Assembly (NCBI GenBank): GCA_965204745.1
Contig: OZ242010.1
Span: 3,168,001-3,232,000 of the forward strand
DNA: 64,000 nt
From: Candidatus Latescibacterota bacterium
GTDB taxonomy: Bacteria > Latescibacterota > UBA2968
Reading direction: 5' to 3'
This document shows positions 38,690-48,505 of the stretch, in pieces (position 1 is the stretch's first letter; the number at the start of each line of letters is the position of its first letter). The notes under the pieces are model-generated. The model did not search any database and was not told the origin of the DNA. It worked only from the letters and a program-made list of their open reading frames with translations. The translations under genes were made by a program, and so were the position numbers.

Positions 38690-40699
38690 CTACTTCAGTT
38701 TTTCGATCATATCCCGAAATGTCAGATTTTCCGGTGCCCTGATGAGGGCCTGATTGAGAATTTGAACGGCGCGAGTTGTATCCCGTTGAGTGAGATAGAT
38801 TTTCGTCAAATTGAGGGTGATGAACTCAATTTCAGGTGCTAATTGATGGGCTTTCTGAAAAAATAAACTTGTGTTTTCGAAGGTCGATTTTTTTGCCAAT
38901 GCTATCCCGATATGATTCAAAGCATGAGCATAAGTCAAACGGGACATCTCATCCTTTTGAGCACGGATGATAAAGTGGCCGAGTTGGTGCCAAGCGTCGA
39001 TCAGTTTTCTAGCGGCTACGTTGGGATCCGCATCTCGCAAACCAAAATGCGTTTCCATTGCCTTACTCGTCTGCTCTGGATGCGCGGCAACGCACTGTAC
39101 CAGTACCGTTAATGCGGGTAGATAGTTTGGGTAAATCTCCAATGCTCGGAGAAAATATAAAATGGCTTTATCCAGGTCGCGTTTCAACAATTGAACACCT
39201 GTGTTGTATGGCATCCGAGGATCCCGCGGGTATTTTTGATCTGCTTTGTTGGAAAACGACATTGCCAAAGAATCGAGACCAGCCTCGTCAAAAAATGACT
39301 CCAACGTCATTTCAACTGGATGTGACAAATAGTAAGACCCGGGATCACCGTCCAGAATTTTTATGACCCTCGCAACCGAACGGTCCGTGTGATTGATATG
39401 AACCCACGGAATAATCAGCAGTGCCGCACATACGCAACCAAAAACAGAGGCGTAATCCCGAAGAGACTTGGTCAAACCGCCATTGTAAAGCACGTACGTT
39501 GCGAAGGCCATCAGCGGAACGCCCGAAAGACACAACAGATCCCAATCCCTGCTTCCAAGTACCGGATCGATCACGAACAACCCGGCCAACGCGCCAAACG
39601 CACTGACGCCACAAAAGATCAACTCGCGGCTAAAGACGCGATGCCCGGCAAAAAGCCATAAAAACAGCACGGGCCATCCCATGGGCGCGCTCAGAACTTG
39701 TGCGTTGTACCATTCCCATCCATGCCACCAGGTTAATACGGCATATCCGTATGTGGGCGATGGGTATAAGGGCAACAGAACATGGGCATAGCTTTCGGAA
39801 AAGACATAGGCGACGACAACGCCGATCACAGCACACAACCCCATCGTCTTACGGTCTCGAAATATCGAAAATCGGCGCGCAAAATAACGATACCATAACC
39901 ACAGAAATGCGGGCACGAGAAAAACGAGCAAGATGTGCATAAATGCGCCGACAATGAAAAAGACGGTTGCCCAAATGGGTGGCTTGTTATCCCGTAATGC
40001 GATGATGCCCGATAGCAGAAAGCTCAAAATAAAAACGGGCAGAGGGGAATATGTTTCGATATAGCCAAAAAAATATTGAATCGGACCTAGGAAAATCATC
40101 AGCCCCGCGCACAGTACTTTTTCCCATTGTCGGTTACAAATCCGATTTGCCCACAAACAAACGAGGACGACATACGGCCCGCCGCAAAATACGCTGAACA
40201 ATTGCATCGCCAAAACGCCACTCGCATCATAATGACCGATCCAACCTTGTAGTGCGAGAAGCAAATACATCGCGCCGGCACCTTCAGAAGCGATGCGCCC
40301 GGCCGCAATATCTGAAGCCCGTACATACCCATCGCCTAAAAATCCATACTTTTGCCGACCCAGATAGAAAATCGCCCAAGCCAACAGACAGAGCACGGTG
40401 TAAATACCCGCCGGTCTTATTTTTTTGGCGATGGCGGTCACCGCCTTCTCGCCCCATTTTGCCGCCCTTTGGTTCATCGAGGGCACCGCGGTTGCGATGG
40501 CGATGGCATACAAAGAGAGCGCGATATAGGCGGGATAAAATGTCCAAAAATGCAACCCCCAAGATCGTTTCAAAAATGCGTAGTTATCGGAAGCTATTTC
40601 CGGAAGGACATAAACGATAAAAGCATGCAGTCCAATTAGCATTAGGCTTGCGAGAAAGGTTACACGCGACCTCGACTTGCCCGATTTACGCGCTGTCAT
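38690..40699 (-). CDS. Polytopic membrane protein with C-terminal TPR repeats (GT-C/TMTC-like architecture)
   Basis: Many hydrophobic helices, FLGDG, YFFGYIETY, RDWDL; TPR-like AILYFLRALEIYPNY; lower GC than its neighbours. Confidence 0.7.
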   Translation of the reverse strand: MTARKSGKSRSRVTFLASLMLIGLHAFIVYVLPEIASDNYAFLKRSWGLHFWTFYPAYIALSLYAIAIATAVPSMNQRAAKWGEKAVTAIAKKIRPAGIYTVLCLLAWAIFYLGRQKYGFLGDGYVRASDIAAGRIASEGAGAMYLLLALQGWIGHYDASGVLAMQLFSVFCGGPYVVLVCLWANRICNRQWEKVLCAGLMIFLGPIQYFFGYIETYSPLPVFILSFLLSGIIALRDNKPPIWATVFFIVGAFMHILLVFLVPAFLWLWYRYFARRFSIFRDRKTMGLCAVIGVVVAYVFSESYAHVLLPLYPSPTYGYAVLTWWHGWEWYNAQVLSAPMGWPVLFLWLFAGHRVFSRELIFCGVSAFGALAGLFVIDPVLGSRDWDLLCLSGVPLMAFATYVLYNGGLTKSLRDYASVFGCVCAALLIIPWVHINHTDRSVARVIKILDGDPGSYYLSHPVEMTLESFFDEAGLDSLAMSFSNKADQKYPRDPRMPYNTGVQLLKRDLDKAILYFLRALEIYPNYLPALTVLVQCVAAHPEQTSKAMETHFGLRDADPNVAARKLIDAWHQLGHFIIRAQKDEMSRLTYAHALNHIGIALAKKSTFENTSLFFQKAHQLAPEIEFITLNLTKIYLTQRDTTRAVQILNQALIRAPENLTFRDMIEKLK

Positions 40700-40721
40700 A
40701 TCAGCTCTCCTTGGGTGATTT

Positions 40722-40766
40722 TCTTACGTCTCACGTCTTGCGTCTCACGTCTTGCGTCTTACGTCT
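40722..40766. repeat. (TCTYRCG)n heptamer repeat
   Basis: tcttacg tctcacg tcttgcg tctcacg tcttgcg tcttacg. Confidence 0.85.
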
Positions 40767-42050
40767 TCACCACGCAACCATCGCGTCTTTGAACAGGCGC
40801 GTCAAGTCCTCGGCACCTGCGGGGCGCGGAGAGAGTTTGGTGACTCGGTGTTGGGGAAGCGTGCCTTTGACCAGCGCGGGGATGTCGCTTTCCGCGAACC
40901 CAATGGCGGAGAGTCCGTTGGGCACTTCGAGTTGCTTCATCAGGCTTACGATCTGATCCGCAAGAACGTGTCCTGCTCGCTCGGGCGACGCATCGGCGAT
41001 AGTCGCCCCCATGAGTTGCGCGGCGCAGAGGTGGCGATCCGGACACGCGGCCGCGGTAAAGCGAAACACAGCGGGCGCGGTGAGCACTACGGACATGCCG
41101 TGCGGGATGATCGCGTGCTTTGTGATCATGCCCTCGGGCTTGAAATCGCGCACCATGCCAGAGACCGGATACGACATGCCGTGGCACAGGTGAACCCCGG
41201 CATTCCCAAAGCCAATGCCCGCGAGAGATGCGGCCAAACTCATCTGTGCGCGGGCCTCGTCATCCTCCGGGTTGCGAACCGTGCGGGGCAGGTATTGCGT
41301 GGTCATCTCAATGGCTTTGCGTGCCCACATGTCGGAGATGGGATTGCTGCCCTGATACGCGGGCCGTTCGAGTGGTCGCTCGGGCATGGGCCGCTCGGTA
41401 TAGGGCATGGCGGTGAACGACTCCAAGGCGTGGCACAACACATCGAGGCCAGTCGCCGCTGCGATAGACGCGGGCATGGTGCGCGTGTTTTCCGGATCGA
41501 CGATGGCGAGGTCCGGCTTGAGGTGCCGGTGGGCAATGCCGGTTTTGACGTGCCGATCCGACAAGTCCATAATCGCCACCCCAGTGGTCTCGCTTCCCGT
41601 GCCCGCTGTGGTGGGTATGGCAATGAGGGGTTTGACCGGGCCGGGCACGGGTTTGCCCTGCCCGATAGGCGCGTTGATGTACGCGAAAAAATCATCGGGA
41701 TAGGTGGCGAACAAATTGGCGGCCTTGGCCGTGTCTATCGACGACCCGCCGCCAATGCCGACATAGCCCTCGTACTCGCCTTCAATGGCGACTGCTATCG
41801 CGTCTTTGAACGAGACATCTGTCGGCTCGACGCGCACCCGGTCAAACACGTCGTATTCAATGCCCTCGGACTCGAGGGCCTCTCGCGCAATTTGCACCGG
41901 GGGCAAGTTGACGAGGTTGGGATCCGTCACCACGAGCACGCGCCCAATGCCCATATCCGCCAAGTCCATGCCGACCTCACGCGTCGTCCCCACCCCAAAG
42001 CGCAGGTTTGACGCGCCCATTTGGAAGGCGGTGTCGGTTGATCTGTTCAT
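40767..42050 (-). CDS. Hydroxyacid-oxoacid transhydrogenase-like Fe-containing alcohol dehydrogenase
   Basis: VEPTD, GGGSSID, PTTAGTGSETT, DVLCHALES, RPAYQGSNP, HLCHGMSY, PHG. Confidence 0.9.
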   Translation of the reverse strand: MNRSTDTAFQMGASNLRFGVGTTREVGMDLADMGIGRVLVVTDPNLVNLPPVQIAREALESEGIEYDVFDRVRVEPTDVSFKDAIAVAIEGEYEGYVGIGGGSSIDTAKAANLFATYPDDFFAYINAPIGQGKPVPGPVKPLIAIPTTAGTGSETTGVAIMDLSDRHVKTGIAHRHLKPDLAIVDPENTRTMPASIAAATGLDVLCHALESFTAMPYTERPMPERPLERPAYQGSNPISDMWARKAIEMTTQYLPRTVRNPEDDEARAQMSLAASLAGIGFGNAGVHLCHGMSYPVSGMVRDFKPEGMITKHAIIPHGMSVVLTAPAVFRFTAAACPDRHLCAAQLMGATIADASPERAGHVLADQIVSLMKQLEVPNGLSAIGFAESDIPALVKGTLPQHRVTKLSPRPAGAEDLTRLFKDAMVAW

Positions 42051-42185
42051 TTTTTGATCTCCTGATGGATGTGCGATCCGCTCCGTTGCCCTGCGGCCCT
42101 GTTCAAGCGCGAGTAGCCAACCCTCTGTATAACAAAAAATTTTGGACTCGATCTCAAGGATCAAGTCCAATCGCACTTTAGTGCC

Positions 42186-43283
42186 TCATCTTTTGGGTGT
42201 GATGAAAATGATGTCACACGTTGTCACATAATTCCGCCCTTCCCAATCAAATTCCAAATCAAATCCTGGGCGATCATCGATCTGGTCGAGATGAGTATGA
42301 ATTTTTTGAAATAGAAGCGGTTTTGCCCGCTTCAATTTCCAAGATTCAAAAAAATGATTGAGATCGACAAGTACCAGATACAATCTATTGGAGGCATCGA
42401 AACGGCGGAAACCCTGATTTTCATAGAGCCAGCGAGCCAGTACCTCGGGTGCATTTTTTGCATTCTCCAAAATATCTAATCTCACGGTCTTCAACCCATC
42501 TACCAAATCGCCAGCACGGGAAGATGGATGATCGCCAATTTTTTGCCATAAATCTGGTAATAGTTTTGATTCGCGCATCGCGCGATCAAAATGTATGTCA
42601 TGTTCGCGGCAGAATCGCTTTAACTCGGTGATTTCCGTAGCTAATTTCCGGATTCTTCTCCGATCTTTAATATATCCCTCTGGCAGATATGTTACTTTTA
42701 GATCAAAGGGTACATTATTCAAAAAGAAATCGATCTTTTTAATTTTTCCCACCGCCGGTATGACTCGTGGATGGTCTTTGAAAATATCTTCTATGAGAAT
42801 GGATGTCCAATGATTAAACCAAGATGAGAGAACATAAGCTCTCATGCTGTGATGTAGCTCATTTTCAATAGAATCATTTAATTTGTCATAACACCAAATT
42901 TTCTTCACATAATTGTCAATGATTGTTTTTTCCAAACTATTCTGATACAGTCCACCCCACTCAAAGGAATCGACTTTATACAATTCGCTAATAAGCTCAT
43001 CTTCCATTTTTTGGCGATCTCGGCGTTCTTCGGAAAATATCGCATTGATTGCGCCATCGATTATATCATCGGTTACTTTAGAATTTTCATATAAATATTT
43101 CAACCAATCTTTTGATCTTGCACTGGGTAAAGGCAAGTGGCAAATTTCAAAAAGACGCGCCATGTAATCTTTTCTCGACAGGGAACGTAATTTTAAAAAT
43201 CGGAGGCCTTCAGGGGCCTGCCCCAGTTCTCTGATTCGATCATCTCTGAAAGCCTCATTGGCTTGGTCAAATGAATAGGGCAT
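42186..43283 (-). CDS. Putative type II restriction endonuclease (PD-(D/E)xK)
   Basis: IEDIF...KIDFFLNNVPFDLK nuclease-like motif; adjacent to a methyltransferase; AT-rich. Confidence 0.7.
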   Translation of the reverse strand: MPYSFDQANEAFRDDRIRELGQAPEGLRFLKLRSLSRKDYMARLFEICHLPLPSARSKDWLKYLYENSKVTDDIIDGAINAIFSEERRDRQKMEDELISELYKVDSFEWGGLYQNSLEKTIIDNYVKKIWCYDKLNDSIENELHHSMRAYVLSSWFNHWTSILIEDIFKDHPRVIPAVGKIKKIDFFLNNVPFDLKVTYLPEGYIKDRRRIRKLATEITELKRFCREHDIHFDRAMRESKLLPDLWQKIGDHPSSRAGDLVDGLKTVRLDILENAKNAPEVLARWLYENQGFRRFDASNRLYLVLVDLNHFFESWKLKRAKPLLFQKIHTHLDQIDDRPGFDLEFDWEGRNYVTTCDIIFITPKR

Positions 43284-44786
43284 TCATTTCACTCCTGCTC
43301 GAGGTTTGGGCAAATTGGAAGTCCAATCTCTCATGGCAACAAATTTATCACGTATTTTTTTGCTATATTTTTTATTTTTGTCTTTGCAGAAAATGAGCAC
43401 GTAATCCTGTTTTAGCCCTCCTCTGCGATTGTCCTGTACGACAGACCCGGCTGAGTAATTCATGGGAAAACAGCCGATATAATGCAGTTGGTTTTGAAGA
43501 TATTTTATGCTGCGCCAATGATTTCTTTCTCTGGCATTGAACAACAAAGCTAAGCATCCATTGTCGACCAAAACTCTTGTTGCTTGCGCGTAAAACTCTA
43601 CCATCCTCATTTCGTACTGTTCCACTGAAGCATAATTTCTCTCCAAAGCATTTGATATTACAATTTCTTTTTCGAAACGAGCGGTTTTGCCGAGAATCGC
43701 ATTCCACATCTCACTTAACTCGAGATAGGGTATTCGGTCTCCATGAGGAGGATCTGTCAAAACCAATTTTACACACCCATTGGGTAAATTTCTCAGGACC
43801 TCCACAGAATCATTTTCAATGAGAGAGATAGATTTTCCATGGATGAGAACTTCTGCTGATGACGCGCTAATTTCAACCCGGCGGGTGTCCTCAATTTTTT
43901 GTATCGCTTTCAGCAATTTTTTTGCCCTATTCTCAAAACAATTCCAAACATTGACCTCAAAATGCAATGGAGGTCGCCAGTATCCTATAACCCAACTCCC
44001 AACTTCGATTTTATCTGATTTTTTGCCAGCCATCTTCCCGCGTCGCCTCACGGCAAAAACCATTTTTGTCATCTGCCCAGACGCTGCCGTCAAAGTAAGG
44101 AAAAGAGGTCTGTGGAGCTTTTTGGGTTGCAAAAAGATAAAATCCAAAATGAGATCGATATTTCTGAGGGCGCGCCCCGTGAACAAATCCGTAAGCAATA
44201 AGTCTCGATGCACATTGATTCTCGAGTTTGTGAAGAATTTTGGCGACCGGATATGCCGAGAGTGATAGCCCTCATATTTATTGAATAACCGAATATCAAA
44301 GCGGGTTGGCTCTAACTCAACCCTGCCTCTTTCCCTCGCCCCACATCGCCAGACTTTTGTGAGTTCTGTATGTTGCCAGAGGTAATGCGTTGCAAGCCAC
44401 CCATTCTCCAACTGATAGCTTTCATCAATCAGTGGCTTAACACAGGTCCGTAAACGTTCCAAAGCATTCTTATATTCACGCGGAGAAGGCAAATTTACGA
44501 GCAGCTTTGACAACTCAATCGAAAGCGGATTAATATCAATGCCAATGAATTTTCGTTTGAGATCGAGTGCTTCTCGTGCGATCAATCCCGATCCCAAAAA
44601 AGGATCGACAACCAAATCGCCTTCCACCGTTAGTTCATGGATCAAAAATTCCCAACACTCTGTCGGTTTTTTGCCCCAATATTTGTGAAAAGCCGCAAGC
44701 CCTTTATATCCCTCGGGGTTGTAAAAACCATTGGCTATTTGTGTTATCGCATTGGGAAATTCGATAGCCATCTGCTGTTTCGCCAT
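43284..44786 (-). CDS. Amino (N4-C/N6-A) DNA methyltransferase
   Basis: HKYWGKKP, DPFLGSG (motif I), TDPPH (motif IV variant). Confidence 0.88.
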   Translation of the reverse strand: MAKQQMAIEFPNAITQIANGFYNPEGYKGLAAFHKYWGKKPTECWEFLIHELTVEGDLVVDPFLGSGLIAREALDLKRKFIGIDINPLSIELSKLLVNLPSPREYKNALERLRTCVKPLIDESYQLENGWLATHYLWQHTELTKVWRCGARERGRVELEPTRFDIRLFNKYEGYHSRHIRSPKFFTNSRINVHRDLLLTDLFTGRALRNIDLILDFIFLQPKKLHRPLFLTLTAASGQMTKMVFAVRRRGKMAGKKSDKIEVGSWVIGYWRPPLHFEVNVWNCFENRAKKLLKAIQKIEDTRRVEISASSAEVLIHGKSISLIENDSVEVLRNLPNGCVKLVLTDPPHGDRIPYLELSEMWNAILGKTARFEKEIVISNALERNYASVEQYEMRMVEFYAQATRVLVDNGCLALLFNARERNHWRSIKYLQNQLHYIGCFPMNYSAGSVVQDNRRGGLKQDYVLIFCKDKNKKYSKKIRDKFVAMRDWTSNLPKPRAGVK

Positions 44787-45051
44787 TTTTCATCACCCCA
44801 TCCACAGAACGCAATTATATTGTTTTTTCCGCGGTGAATATAGTTTAATATTTTTTTCGTTCCAGATGTTTTTTGTTTTATTCCCGTTCTTTGAATGTCT
44901 GAGAAGTTGTCTTAAACCGAAAGATGCCATCCCCCCGGCCTCTCTCCGCAATGGGCAGGGGAGATGTTATTTTTCTTGAGAAATGGTAGCCAACGATGGA
45001 AAAAGCCGTCACAATTTGTGGCGGCTTTTGTTTGGAGAGAAGGGCTCGCAC

Positions 45052-45981
45052 TCACTTCTGTCTCAACCTATCGACCACTACGGCGATGACGATGATCGCG
45101 CCCGTGGCGATTTCTTGTACCCAATTCGGCAAGCCCATCTGCGAACAACCCGCGCGAATGACGGTCATGATCAGCGCGCCGACCACGCTACCGAGCACCG
45201 AGCCTTCGCCGCCCGCGAGGCTTCCGCCGCCGATGACCACGGCGGCGATCACGTCGAGTTCAAGCCCGACCGCGACCGTGGGATCGCCGACTGTGAGGCG
45301 CGAAAATTGGAGGAGACCCGCCAGGCCCGCGGAGGTTCCGGCAAGGGTATAGACGAGCACTTTGAGGGCTTCCACGCGAACGCCGCACAACCGCGCCGTG
45401 TTCTCATTCGAGCCAATGGCGACGATGTGTTTGCCCGCGCGGGTATAGGCCAAGAAGCCGCCGGTGATCAGGGCGAGGACGACGAGCAACCAGACCCCGG
45501 GCGGGAGCAACCACCACGCGCCGGGGGGCAGTGCCGCGAGCAGGTCGATGAGATAGGTGAGAGGGGCGTCAATTTTTTGTTCGCCAGCGAGGCCCTTGGC
45601 AATGCCGCGCACGATCAAGAGCGTGCCCAAGGTGGCGATAAACGGCACGACGCGAAACCGGGTGATGATCGCGCCATTGACAAAACCGCACAGGGCGCCG
45701 GTGAGAATGCCGATGAGAGACGCGCTGATGGGAGACGCGCCCGCTTGCAGAGCCGCGGCGATGGTGACAGTGGCAAGCGCGATGATCGACCCCACGGACA
45801 AGTCGATGCCCCCTGCGATGATGACCAACGTCATGCCCAGCGCAGCCGTGCCCACAATCGCGGTTTGACGCGCGATAGTCTCGAGGGTGCGCCCGCTACC
45901 AAAACTGTCCGGGCCGATCAGGACGAACAGGCCATAGACCGCGACCAGGCCGAGCACAGGGGCAAAGCGCGAAAGGGGCAT
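45052..45981 (-). CDS. Sugar ABC transporter permease (RbsC-like)
   Basis: GGIDLSVGS, PFIATLG, AIGSNE..ARLCG, ELDVIAAVVIGG. Confidence 0.93.
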   Translation of the reverse strand: MPLSRFAPVLGLVAVYGLFVLIGPDSFGSGRTLETIARQTAIVGTAALGMTLVIIAGGIDLSVGSIIALATVTIAAALQAGASPISASLIGILTGALCGFVNGAIITRFRVVPFIATLGTLLIVRGIAKGLAGEQKIDAPLTYLIDLLAALPPGAWWLLPPGVWLLVVLALITGGFLAYTRAGKHIVAIGSNENTARLCGVRVEALKVLVYTLAGTSAGLAGLLQFSRLTVGDPTVAVGLELDVIAAVVIGGGSLAGGEGSVLGSVVGALIMTVIRAGCSQMGLPNWVQEIATGAIIVIAVVVDRLRQK

Positions 45982-47474
45982 CACGCGGCGACCTCCTGTG
46001 CGGTGGCTTCGAGCATGAGGCCGTGTTCGCTGCACTGCTCAACGGGCCGCGGCGCGCCCAAGCGGCCGCGGTGCATGATCGCAATGCGGTCGCACGCGCC
46101 GAGGAGTTCGGGCATGGAACTGCTGACGAGGAGAATGGCCTTGCCCCGCGCGGCGAGTTGGTCGATCAAGCGGTAAATCTCGGCTTTGCTGGCGATGTCG
46201 ATGCCGCGCGTGGGTTCGTCCAACAAAAGGCAATCCACATTGTGGTAGAGCAACCGGGCGAGGGCGACTTTTTGCTGGTTGCCCCCGGACAAATCCGCAA
46301 TGTCTCGCCAGGGCCCGGGCGTGCGAATGCCGAGGCGGGCGATCCACGTTTGGGCAATGGCGCGCAGGGTTTTTGGCATGACGATCCGCCCCGGCAAGCG
46401 CGAGAGCGCGAGGTTGTCGGCTACGCTCATCCCTCGGGCCAAGCCCTCGGCATTGCGATCCTCGCTGAGCAAGCCCATGCCCTGCGCGAGGCGTTGCGAT
46501 GGCCGCGCCCAACCGGTATGGTGCGCGAACGCGATATGGCCCTTGCGAATCCGGGACAGGCCAAACAGGGCGCGCAACAGTTCCGTGCGCCCCGCGCCAA
46601 TGAGGCCGCCGATGCCCAAGACCTCCCCGCGACAGAGCACGAGAGACGCGCTGTGCGGCAAGGGATCAGCCGAGAGGTCCGACAGATCGAGGAGGGGATC
46701 GCCCAGCGTGCGATGGGAGCGCGGAAAAAAGTCGTCGATTTCCCGCCCGACCATGAGGTGGACGATGTCCGAAATCGGCGTGCGGGCCACATCGCCATTG
46801 CCCGCGGTTTTTCCGTCTCGCAAAACCGTGAACCGATCCGCGATTTCTTTCACCTCTTCCAAGACGTGCGAGATAAAGACGATAGCCATACCGCGCTTTT
46901 TCAGGCGGCGCATAGCGCGAAACAGCCGGTTCGCATCCGCGCGCGTGAGGCTGCTGGTGGGTTCGTCCAAGACCAAGACCCGGCATCGAACGCACAGGGC
47001 GCGGGCGATTTCCACGATCTGCTGTTCCGCGATGCCCAAGGTGCTCACCCGCGCCTGGGGATCGATGTCCGCGTGGTCGAGTTCTGCAAGGGCGTTTTGA
47101 ACCAGCGCACGCATGGTCGATTTTTGCAACACCCCGCCCCGAGTGATTTCCATGCCCAACAACACATTTTCCGCAACCGTGAGATGCGGCGCCAGGGAGA
47201 GTTCCTGATAGATCATGGCGACGCCCTGTTGCCGCGCGTGCATCGGATTGGCCGGCGCGAAGGGCACGTTATCGACGCGCATCTCGCCCGCATCGGCTTG
47301 CAATGCGCCCGAAAGCACTTTCATCAACGTGCTTTTGCCCGCGCCATTCTCGCCGATGAGCGCGTGGATTTCCCCTCGCGGAACGGCAAAGTCAATGCCA
47401 CCGAGCGCGACCGTCGCACCGAAGCTCTTGCAAATCCCGCGCATGGCAAATCGGGGGGGTGTGGACATGGGCAT
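45981..47474 (-). CDS. Sugar ABC transporter ATPase (RbsA-like, two ABC domains)
   Basis: GENGAGKST, LDEPTSSL, LSGGNQQK, DEPTRGID. Confidence 0.94.
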   Translation of the reverse strand: MPMSTPPRFAMRGICKSFGATVALGGIDFAVPRGEIHALIGENGAGKSTLMKVLSGALQADAGEMRVDNVPFAPANPMHARQQGVAMIYQELSLAPHLTVAENVLLGMEITRGGVLQKSTMRALVQNALAELDHADIDPQARVSTLGIAEQQIVEIARALCVRCRVLVLDEPTSSLTRADANRLFRAMRRLKKRGMAIVFISHVLEEVKEIADRFTVLRDGKTAGNGDVARTPISDIVHLMVGREIDDFFPRSHRTLGDPLLDLSDLSADPLPHSASLVLCRGEVLGIGGLIGAGRTELLRALFGLSRIRKGHIAFAHHTGWARPSQRLAQGMGLLSEDRNAEGLARGMSVADNLALSRLPGRIVMPKTLRAIAQTWIARLGIRTPGPWRDIADLSGGNQQKVALARLLYHNVDCLLLDEPTRGIDIASKAEIYRLIDQLAARGKAILLVSSSMPELLGACDRIAIMHRGRLGAPRPVEQCSEHGLMLEATAQEVAA

Positions 47475-47593
47475 TCCTCAAAAAAGCAACCGCTGGAGAT
47501 GTTGAGAATCGGGCAGGCACGGGGGACCTACGATGAACCGGTCAGGTGTACCCCGTTCCGTCTCGTCGGCTATCTTGCGGACCATCTGTGGAT

Positions 47594-48253
47594 TCAAAGC
47601 CTCCCGCTGACCCACTGAATGCCCCGCAACAGCACGGTTTGAAAATTGTCGTCTTGCCACGTCTGATTGTCATGCCCGCTTTGCAGGCAGAAGACCCGCG
47701 TGTTCTCGTAGTGCCGCGTCCAGCCAATCGCCTGCATGCACTTTGGATGCGTGGTCGTCAACAGCACGCGACTCGTTGCATCCGGCTCGCCCATCACGTA
47801 CGTCTCGTCGATCATCTCCCAATCGGACAGGCCCTGCGTAATGGGATGATCCCGGTCAGCGACCCGGATCGGCATGACCTCATCATGGCTAAACGACTCA
47901 AACGATCCCGCAACAACCCCGGCCATCTCGACCCACGGCATCCAATCTGGAAAGGCCAAAATCGCGTGGTGCAACAACACGACCCCCTTGCCCGTCGCAA
48001 GCCAGGCCCCCAATGCGGTCCGCGGTCGGCCCATCCACCCGGGGCGGTTCGCATCCGTCGGCCCTTCCTTGTGCATGTTGTAAAACACGGTCACGTCGTA
48101 AAAATCGCGCGCCTGTTCTCGCGCCGCCGCAAAATCCTCCAACGGCTGGATATACGCATCCACGCCTTGCAAATTGCGAAACAACCCGTGAAAATTCGGC
48201 ACGTCAAAACGATGCCCGCCGGTCACTACGGCGACTTTCATGCTGTTGGACAT
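47594..48253 (-). CDS. ThuA-like domain protein
   Basis: VVTGGH, GKGVVLLHH, HPITQG, DETY, GHD. Confidence 0.8.
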   Translation of the reverse strand: MSNSMKVAVVTGGHRFDVPNFHGLFRNLQGVDAYIQPLEDFAAAREQARDFYDVTVFYNMHKEGPTDANRPGWMGRPRTALGAWLATGKGVVLLHHAILAFPDWMPWVEMAGVVAGSFESFSHDEVMPIRVADRDHPITQGLSDWEMIDETYVMGEPDATSRVLLTTTHPKCMQAIGWTRHYENTRVFCLQSGHDNQTWQDDNFQTVLLRGIQWVSGRL

Positions 48254-48279
48254 AGTCCGTCTCCTTTCATGTGATCTCC

Positions 48280-48500
48280 CCGCCACCGCCCTGCCGCCCG
48301 TGCGTGCCCTTCCTTACCCCACCGCCCCGTGTGCGATCCCCCCCCCGCCGCTCCGCCGCCCGTGCGTGCCCATCCCTTCCTCACCCCGCCGTGTGCGTGA
48401 CCCCATGTATCTCGGGGGCATCGCCCCTACACATATCGCTCATCTTTGAACGGCTGTCGCCAGTTGTACCCCGCTCGTGGCTAAAATCCGATCTTCCTAT
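48280..48500. repeat. C-rich repeats (ccgcccgtgcgtgccc x2) and dispersed element; related copy at 49985-50050
   Basis: ccccgctcgtggctaaaatcc at 48469 and 50017; ctgccgcccgtgcgtgccc at 48291 and 49988. Confidence 0.75.
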
Positions 48501-48505
48501 CCGCT

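Noticed and set aside
4-47618. Long antisense ORFs (e.g. 4-1581, 4918-6453, 34505-35872, 36720-38531, 40752-42011, 46023-47618)
   Set aside because: Shadow frames opposite well-supported genes in GC-rich DNA, with no recognisable motifs.
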